This document shows positions 24,942 to 32,000 of a stretch of 32,000 bases of DNA, piece after piece (positions within the stretch are counted from its first letter, which is position 1; each line of letters starts with the position of its first letter). Source of the DNA: an uncultured Clostridia bacterium. GTDB taxonomy: Bacteria; Bacillota; Clostridia; TANB77; CAG-508. The stretch is from contig CAKPIK010000001.1 of assembly GCA_934162365.1 (NCBI GenBank), positions 44,227 to 76,226 of the forward strand, given 5' to 3'. The notes beneath the pieces are model-generated. The model was not told the origin of the DNA. It made no database searches and saw nothing but the letters and a program-made list of their open reading frames with translations. Position numbers and translations under genes: made by a program.

Positions 24942-27900
24942 TTTTATATTTTTCTGACTTTTCTTTACTAAGCGAATGTTCTATTGGATTAATCATATTA
25001 AAATATTTATGAGCTTTTTCCTCTAAATTTAATTTTGCAAAAGCTATTATTGCCCAAACAGCTGCATGTGTGTATTGACCACCATTTTCTCTTACTCCTG
25101 GCAAATATGCTTTTATATATCCTGGTTCTAAATCACTTGTTTCAAAAGGAGGAGTTAGTAATTTTATAATTTCTGTATTTTCATCTATTAAGTATTTTTC
25201 TAATGATTCCATTGCTTTATATTGTTTCTCTTCGTCCCCCGCTTCTGAAATTACAGACCAACTTTGAGCAATACTATCGATTTTACATTCTTCATTTTCT
25301 TTGCTTCCTAAAATTTTGCCATTATCCATAAAAGCTCTTCTGTACCAATCATTGTCCCAACCATTTGAATTTAAAGCATTTTTTATTTGATTTTTTATAT
25401 TAATATATTTATCTATAAGTTCATTATCTTCTTGTTTTTCTTGCATTATTTTAGTAAATTCTTCAAGTATATTGTACAAAAAGAAACCAAGCCAAACACT
25501 TTCACCTTTTCCTTTGTTTCCAACTGTACTAAATCCATCGTTCCAATCTCCAGAACCTATTAGTGGTAAACTGTTCTTTCCTAAACCAATACTAACATCT
25601 ATCGCTCTTAAACAATGTTTATATAAACTTTCTTCAATTTGAGATCTTAAGTGTACATCATAATCCTCATCTTGCCCCTCTTTTAATTTATTACCTTCTA
25701 TATACGGAATTTTTACATCTAAAATACCTTTATCTCCACAAAATTCTATATATTGTAAACACAGATAAACAAGCCACAATCTATCATCTGAGAATTTAGT
25801 TCTTATTCCTCTTGAAGTTTCTTCATGCCACCAATGTTCTACATCTCCATCTATGAACTGATGAGCTGCATGTTTTAATATTTGTTTTTTAACCATTTCT
25901 ATATTTAAAAACTTAACACCAATTGAATCTTGAAGTTGGTCTCTATATCCAAATGCTCCTCCAGACTGGTTAAATCCGGATCTAGCATAAAGCCTAGATG
26001 CAATTGTTTGATACATTGCCCAACCATTCAGCATAATATTAGTAGCATCACTTGGAGTTTTAACTCTTACCTTTTCCAATAAAGTAGACCAATAATTTTT
26101 AACATTTATATATTCATTTTTGCAAACTTCAATATCTTTATAATTTAATTTAAAATCTTCTTCTTTATCTTCTGCCCCAACAACAAAAGATATTTCTTTT
26201 TCTTCAAAAGCTTTTATTTCTATTTCCATTTTAATTGCAATACAAGGTTTATTGCCTAAACTATTTTCAAAGTTTAAATCTTTATCACAAGCATAATTAA
26301 CACTACTAACATTTCCTGTATAACTATTTATTTTTTCACTACTATACACATAACAAATATTTTTAATGCCAGAATTATAAAGGTTTTTTGCATAAATTAA
26401 GTTTTCTTCTTTATTAAAGTTTAAAACTATATTTCCATTTGATTTTATCTCATCCTCATCTAAAACTAAATCTAGTATATATAACAAATTTATTTTTTTA
26501 ATATTATTAGTATTGTTTTTTAATTTTAATAAATTGATTTTTATATTGTCATTAATACTTACAAAAATATCTAATTGTTGTTTTAAATCTAATTTATTTT
26601 GTTCATATTTTGAATACCCAAAGCCATAAGTTGTAATGTGATTTCCATTTCCAATTCTCCAATATTTCCCCATATCAACATCTTGAACATAAATACTTTC
26701 AGAAGGTGTATCTATAATAGTATCATTAGACCATTTAGTTATTCTGTTTAATCTACTATTTTTATACCAACTAAAGCCACCTAAGTTTTGAGTTACAATA
26801 GTCCCAAATTCTTCATTAGCTAATATATTGCACCATGCAGATGGAGTAGTCACACTATCTACAATTACATATTCTCTTCCATCTTCACTAAATCCACCAT
26901 AACTATTTTTAAATTTTAAATTCATTTCTTCTATTGCATATTTTTCAAACTGTTTTTCTTCTTCTAAGTTCTTTTTTGCTTTTACATTATATTTTAATAA
27001 ATATTCTTCTTCTTGTTCTAGCATTATATTTTCTAAGCTGCCTTTTTTTGCATCAATTATCAAATTAGCTTTTAAAAATAAAACTTCTTTATTCTTAACT
27101 TTATTTGCTTCTAATAAAAATATTTTATTATTCATTAAATATGTTAAATTCATATCTGTAATTTCTTTTTCTATTGCATCTTTCACATATTTTTCATATA
27201 CATTTTTTTCTTCATTTAATATCACTAAATTAATTTCTATATTTTTATTTTCAAAATATAAATACATTTTTAATAATTCTCTTATAACATATACATTATT
27301 AATATCCTTTATCTTTACTAAAATAATTGGTTTGTCACCAGAAATTCCATATTCCCACAAATTTTCATATCTAAATTCACTTATATTTAACTTTTGTAAA
27401 TATAATTTTTTTAACGGATTTAAATTAAGTATATAAGATAAAACTTTTTGATATAATATCATACTTTTTCCGTTTATTTGCAAATATCTAGATGTTTCCT
27501 CATTTCTTATCTTAGATATTTCAAATATTCTTTTTACATTTTCAAAGCTTTTATATTTATCAAGATTATCAATAGCTAATTGTTTATCTTCAGCTACACT
27601 TATAACTAAATTTAATTCTTGTTGAGAATTAGCTTCTACTTTTATTGTTCTTCTAAATGCTATAATTGGATCTACTACTAATCCAATATTATTGCTAAAT
27701 CTTTCTGATTCCTCTATTTTTTTAGGTATACCCAAATTTAATCTTCCATATAATTTTTCTTTATTTATTTCATATTCTAAATTTCTTACATTGCCATTAT
27801 TAGAAAAAAATCCAACACATAAAAATATTTCTTTGTTTGTCCCTCTTTTACTTCTTTTAATAAGAATTCCATCCGCAATCTTTTCATACTTTAAAAACAA

Positions 27901-30900
27901 ATTATTAAATGCTTTATGTGCATAATCTTGTTCTGCCGTAGATAATACTGGTTCCAATACTGTACTTATTTCTAATATTTCATCATAATCACTTAAATTA
28001 TTTATTTTTATATTTCTAATTTCAACATTATCATTTGGAGCTACAATAGTTTTAATTCTTGATTTTATATTGTTATATCTTGTTGTAGTTTCATTCATAT
28101 CTGGTGTATATTTTATACTATAATTAGAATTTTCTTCTTCTAAATAACTAGTCCATATTTTTTTGTTTTTTATGTTTTTAAAATAAACAAATATTCCTTC
28201 TTTATAACTATTTGTATTTTTATATCTATTAATTAAAATATCTTTATATTTACTAAATCCACTTCCATCTTTATTAGTAACAATAGTATAGTTTTCATTT
28301 GATATAACATTAGAATCTGGCAGGTCATTATTAAACCTATTTAGTTCTTTAACATAATAAGCATCTGTACCAATATACTTAATTTTTTGTACTTTTTCTT
28401 TTCTTTCTTTTGTTATAATTACATCCTCTGGCATTTTTTCTTGTAATAAAATATCAATTGCTTTTATTTGTGGTGAAGTGTGAAATCTCTTTTGTAAAAT
28501 GTTGTTATTTATTAAATTATTTATAGACAAAAGTATTAAAGCTTGATGATGTGCCATATAAGTTTTTACTACTTCATATTTTTTATTTTTACCTAATCGT
28601 TCTGGCGTAAAATCTATTGATTCATAAAATCCATATTTATTATACATTTGATATTTTTTTAAAAGTTTTATATTTTGAATTACGTCTTTTGGTTCATCTC
28701 CAATTGCAAGTATGCTTCCATAACTTGATACAACTATATCATCAGCCAAGCCTCTTTTTAATCCAAGCCATGGAATTCCAAAAGCCTTGTATTGATAATT
28801 TGAATTCAAATCTTTTAAATTAAAAGCCGCTTCAGATATTCCCCATGGAATCCCTAGTTTATTAGCATACTTTTTTTGAGACATTATTGCAAATTTACAA
28901 GACTCTTCTAGCAAACTACCTTTATATTTTTTTATATTTATATTTGGCATAAGATATTCAAATGCAGTTCCAGACCATGAAACCAGACCTTTTTTTCCAT
29001 CCATTGAAGTTAGAGTCCTGCTTAAATTATTCCAATGCTTAGACGGTATGTCTTTTTTGGCAATTGCAATTATACTAGCTTGTCTTGCTTCTGTTGCAAG
29101 TAAATCGTAATAAGAATCGGTTATTGTATTTTCTCCAACATTAAATCCAATAGAAAATAATCCAATATCATTATCATATAATTTAGAAAAATCGGTCTTT
29201 TCTATTAATTCATCAAGTAATTTTAAATTATCATCTATTAAATATTTACTCCTTAATTCCTTATCTTCTATTTCTTCTAGAAAATATTTAAGAGTAATTA
29301 AATATCCAATAAAATTTCCACTATCAACAGTAGATACATATTCAGGTATTAATGGCCTTAAAGTTTTTATATTATACCAGTTATATAAATGTCCATTCCA
29401 TTTAGGTAATTTATATATTGTTTCTAACATTTTTTGAATTAGGAAAAGTGCCGTTTCTAATTCTATAAATTTCAAATCATATGCTGAAACTACACTTATT
29501 AATCCTAAACCAATATTGGTTGATGACGTTCTATCTACAATTTTTTCTTTTCTTGATTCTTGATAATTATCTGGTGGCAAGTAATTATTTTCTTTATTTA
29601 TAAAGTCATAAAAATAATTCCAGGTTTTTTGTGCAATTTCAATAACTTCTTTCTTTTCTTTTAAGCTTAAAAGTTTAACTTTTTCAATTTCTTCTATATT
29701 TTTACTTATTCTATAACAAATATATGCAGAAAAAATCCACAGAATTGCTATTGCTGCCATATATATACTATTTTTGTTCATAGATATAATTAATAAAATT
29801 ATTCCAAATAATTCATTTATCCACATTTCTTTTATATAACTATATAAATCAACTTTGGAACTTTTTTCTGCCTCATCTGCTGTTGTCCATTCTAGCAAAT
29901 GTTCTTTTGTTTTTATTAATCTTTTAAGTGTAACTAAAATTGCTTTTAATGCCACAAATGCTTTATATACTATACAAGAAAAATTTATTATTGTTCTAAC
30001 AAAACTTAGCTTTAAACCTGGCAATTTATTTTCAAAAGAAGCTTGTTTTTTTATTCCTTCTTTTTTAAATATTATTGTATTTAAGAAGTCTAAAAACAAC
30101 TCAATAAAAATGCTTAAAAAAATTATTGAATAAAACCAAATCATTTTGCTATTATTAACAAGTAATAAAATAAATAAAGATAAAACCTGAAAAATTTCTA
30201 AAGTACTTCTTCTTAAATTATCTAGTATTTTATATTTTCCAAGTTCATTAATTGGATTATCAATTAAATCACCTTTTGCATTTCTTACCTTATTTTTTAG
30301 CCATAAAATTATCTGCCAATCTCCTCTTATCCATCTACTTGCCCTTAGCATATAACTATTAAATTTTGTAGGATATGAATCAAGCAAAACAATATCTGTA
30401 ACTAATCCACATTTAGCATATATTCCTTCTAGTAAATCATGGCTAAGTACTGTATTTTCTGGAATAGCATTCTCAAGTACATTATAAAAAACATCTAAAT
30501 CATAAATTCCTTTTCCAGTAAAAATTCCTTCATCAAAGTTATCTTGATAAATATCTGATATTGCATTTGAATATGCATCTGTTCCACCCATTCCAGCAAA
30601 AATTTTAGTAAATAAACTTTTCCTACTAGAATCTATATCTATTCCAATTCTTGGTTGCATTATTCCATATCCATCCACTACTATATTTTTTTCTTTATCT
30701 ATTACAGGTTTATTTAAAATATGAGCCATAGCCCCAACTAATTCTTTTGCTGTATCTAATACTAATTTTGTGTCTGAATCTAACGTAATAACATATTTTA
30801 TTTTTGGAATTTCTTTATTATCAAAAGAATTATATTTAAAGCTATTATTCTTTTCACCTAATAAATACCCATTAAATTCTTCAATTAATCCTCTTTTTCT

Positions 30901-32000
30901 TTCCCAACCCAAAAAGTTATTTTCTTTACTATTCCATAATCTTTTTCTATAAATAAAATTAAAAATATCTGTTGATTTAGAATACTTTGCATTCAACTTT
31001 TCAATTATTTTTTTACCATTTTCAATTACCTCTTCGTCGTACTCCTCTACTTCTTTAGAAGAAGTAGAACAATCACCAAGAAGTGTAAAATATATATTAT
31101 TAGATTTGTTTGCTAAATAATATACTTCAAGTTTTTCCAACATGTCACTAACATCTTTTTTACTTTTAAGAATTGTTGGTACAATTACCATGGTAGCACA
31201 ATTTTCAGGTATTCCATCTGAGAAGTCTAATTTAGGTATTAATTTAGGTTTTACAATCTTAGATAAAATATATTGAGTAAATTTTATAATTACTTCACTT
31301 ATTGGTACATATGAAAATACTAAAAATAGTATTGTATATATAATATTGTTTGTTACTTTAAAAAATAAAAAACTAATGCAAAGCATTATTAATGAAACTA
31401 CTAATTGTATTTTTCCAATATATTTTTGTGGATTTTTATCTTTTTTTATTTTTATATTTAATTCTTTTGATAATTCTCTTAGACCATCTCCTATAATATA
31501 ATATCCAATATGACTTTTCCTTTTATCTATGGCATCTTTATTTTTATTAGCAAGTTCTAACGCCTTTGTTGTTAAATAAATTTCCGCAACATGATTTTCA
31601 GTTGAAATTTCTTTTATTGTATTTCGATAATATTCTTTGGTTTTATATGTCATACTTTCATATATTCCAGCTGGATCATTTTTTAGTATATCTTCCACAC
31701 CATTTATTTGTTCAAATATTTTTGTAAAATCAATTCTTTGTATATCTTTAATACTTTTTATACAATTTCCTATAGAAAGTTTTTTTAATGCGATATCAAA
31801 ATGTTCTTTTTTTATTATTTCAGAAATACTAGTTCCTGTTTTTATAACTTGTTCTTCAAGTACTTGCAGATATGGCTGCCCCTTTTTTCCGTACTGATTT
31901 AGCCTATAAGATAAATATTCGATAAATGGTTCTTTTGAAAAAAATAGTTTATTATTTTCTACATTTTTTCTAAAAATTAAATCTTCACTTTTTTTATTTT
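24841..32000 (-). CDS. cgs: Cyclic beta-1,2-glucan synthase-like megaenzyme (GT84 membrane glycosyltransferase + central domain + GH94 phosphorylase-like domain); 5' end outside window, 3' end frameshifted
   Basis: GT84 motifs are VITLDSDT, LSHDLLEG and RWIRGDWQ, with several TM helices. GH94 motifs are DDRLWL, GSGDWNDG and GGQYTHAA. My translation of 31699-32000 (..NKKSEDLIFRKNVENNKLFFSKEPFIEYLSYRLNQYGKKGQPYLQVLEEQ..) stays open in the same frame. The true start is therefore beyond 32000, and the GTG at 31698 is internal. Confidence 0.8.
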   Translation of the reverse strand, partial: NKKSEDLIFRKNVENNKLFFSKEPFIEYLSYRLNQYGKKGQPYLQVLEEQVIKTGTSISEIIKKEHFDIALKKLSIGNCIKSIKDIQRIDFTKIFEQINGVEDILKNDPAGIYESMTYKTKEYYRNTIKEISTENHVAEIYLTTKALELANKNKDAIDKRKSHIGYYIIGDGLRELSKELNIKIKKDKNPQKYIGKIQLVVSLIMLCISFLFFKVTNNIIYTILFLVFSYVPISEVIIKFTQYILSKIVKPKLIPKLDFSDGIPENCATMVIVPTILKSKKDVSDMLEKLEVYYLANKSNNIYFTLLGDCSTSSKEVEEYDEEVIENGKKIIEKLNAKYSKSTDIFNFIYRKRLWNSKENNFLGWERKRGLIEEFNGYLLGEKNNSFKYNSFDNKEIPKIKYVITLDSDTKLVLDTAKELVGAMAHILNKPVIDKEKNIVVDGYGIMQPRIGIDIDSSRKSLFTKIFAGMGGTDAYSNAISDIYQDNFDEGIFTGKGIYDLDVFYNVLENAIPENTVLSHDLLEGIYAKCGLVTDIVLLDSYPTKFNSYMLRASRWIRGDWQIILWLKNKVRNAKGDLIDNPINELGKYKILDNLRRSTLEIFQVLSLFILLLVNNSKMIWFYSIIFLSIFIELFLDFLNTIIFKKEGIKKQASFENKLPGLKLSFVRTIINFSCIVYKAFVALKAILVTLKRLIKTKEHLLEWTTADEAEKSSKVDLYSYIKEMWINELFGIILLIISMNKNSIYMAAIAILWIFSAYICYRISKNIEEIEKVKLLSLKEKKEVIEIAQKTWNYFYDFINKENNYLPPDNYQESRKEKIVDRTSSTNIGLGLISVVSAYDLKFIELETALFLIQKMLETIYKLPKWNGHLYNWYNIKTLRPLIPEYVSTVDSGNFIGYLITLKYFLEEIEDKELRSKYLIDDNLKLLDELIEKTDFSKLYDNDIGLFSIGFNVGENTITDSYYDLLATEARQASIIAIAKKDIPSKHWNNLSRTLTSMDGKKGLVSWSGTAFEYLMPNINIKKYKGSLLEESCKFAIMSQKKYANKLGIPWGISEAAFNLKDLNSNYQYKAFGIPWLGLKRGLADDIVVSSYGSILAIGDEPKDVIQNIKLLKKYQMYNKYGFYESIDFTPERLGKNKKYEVVKTYMAHHQALILLSINNLINNNILQKRFHTSPQIKAIDILLQEKMPEDVIITKERKEKVQKIKYIGTDAYYVKELNRFNNDLPDSNVISNENYTIVTNKDGSGFSKYKDILINRYKNTNSYKEGIFVYFKNIKNKKIWTSYLEEENSNYSIKYTPDMNETTTRYNNIKSRIKTIVAPNDNVEIRNIKINNLSDYDEILEISTVLEPVLSTAEQDYAHKAFNNLFLKYEKIADGILIKRSKRGTNKEIFLCVGFFSNNGNVRNLEYEINKEKLYGRLNLGIPKKIEESERFSNNIGLVVDPIIAFRRTIKVEANSQQELNLVISVAEDKQLAIDNLDKYKSFENVKRIFEISKIRNEETSRYLQINGKSMILYQKVLSYILNLNPLKKLYLQKLNISEFRYENLWEYGISGDKPIILVKIKDINNVYVIRELLKMYLYFENKNIEINLVILNEEKNVYEKYVKDAIEKEITDMNLTYLMNNKIFLLEANKVKNKEVLFLKANLIIDAKKGSLENIMLEQEEEYLLKYNVKAKKNLEEEKQFEKYAIEEMNLKFKNSYGGFSEDGREYVIVDSVTTPSAWCNILANEEFGTIVTQNLGGFSWYKNSRLNRITKWSNDTIIDTPSESIYVQDVDMGKYWRIGNGNHITTYGFGYSKYEQNKLDLKQQLDIFVSINDNIKINLLKLKNNTNNIKKINLLYILDLVLDEDEIKSNGNIVLNFNKEENLIYAKNLYNSGIKNICYVYSSEKINSYTGNVSSVNYACDKDLNFENSLGNKPCIAIKMEIEIKAFEEKEISFVVGAEDKEEDFKLNYKDIEVCKNEYINVKNYWSTLLEKVRVKTPSDATNIMLNGWAMYQTIASRLYARSGFNQSGGAFGYRDQLQDSIGVKFLNIEMVKKQILKHAAHQFIDGDVEHWWHEETSRGIRTKFSDDRLWLVYLCLQYIEFCGDKGILDVKIPYIEGNKLKEGQDEDYDVHLRSQIEESLYKHCLRAIDVSIGLGKNSLPLIGSGDWNDGFSTVGNKGKGESVWLGFFLYNILEEFTKIMQEKQEDNELIDKYINIKNQIKNALNSNGWDNDWYRRAFMDNGKILGSKENEECKIDSIAQSWSVISEAGDEEKQYKAMESLEKYLIDENTEIIKLLTPPFETSDLEPGYIKAYLPGVRENGGQYTHAAVWAIIAFAKLNLEEKAHKYFNMINPIEHSLSKEKSEKYKIEPYVIPADIYGSESLLRKRWMELVYGFFKLVL

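Noticed and set aside
1-32000. Scan for CRISPR repeats, tRNA/rRNA genes, IS elements, integrases, toxin-antitoxin pairs and classic defence genes.
   Set aside because: I found no regularly spaced direct repeats, no GC-rich cloverleaf-like or rRNA-like segments, and no transposase, recombinase or nuclease-helicase ORFs. Every ORF over 100 aa on the coding strand is accounted for by the features listed.

Overview
Very AT-rich, low-GC Firmicute (Clostridia-like, spore-forming) chromosomal segment. About 21 genes are present and all but one lie on the minus strand. I saw no rRNA, tRNA, CRISPR array, transposase or integrase.

Reading in the direction of transcription (right to left), the window contains:
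- A giant cyclic beta-1,2-glucan synthase-like gene. It is open at the right edge and frameshifted about 100 codons before its end.
- A WalR/WalK-like two-component system.
- A membrane-anchored protein with three Ig-like modules.
- A REC-GGDEF protein whose motif reads GGDDF.
- cwlD and spoIIE.
- A plus-strand acyl-ACP thioesterase.
- One operon: WG-repeat membrane protein, a 409-aa orphan, acpS, tatD.
- lemA and htpX, then a yabE-like DUF348-G5-3D protein.
- A frameshifted exodeoxyribonuclease III, then an AI-2E transporter.
- A terminator-insulated two-gene cassette: a 1876-aa secreted protein (about 12 Ig-like modules, C-terminal dockerin), followed by a small cohesin-like protein with an LPQTG sorting signal.
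- The 5' part of rnc at the left edge.

The most interesting candidate is this non-cellulosomal cohesin-dockerin surface-display pair. Secondary leads are:
- the atypical WalRK neighbourhood, with a structured GC-rich spacer between RR and HK, a WalR-box upstream of walR, an Ig-like membrane partner and a variant GGDEF;
- the orphan pair upstream of acpS;
- the Cgs-like megasynthase in a Gram-positive spore former.

All domain calls come from reading motifs by eye. No database search was run.
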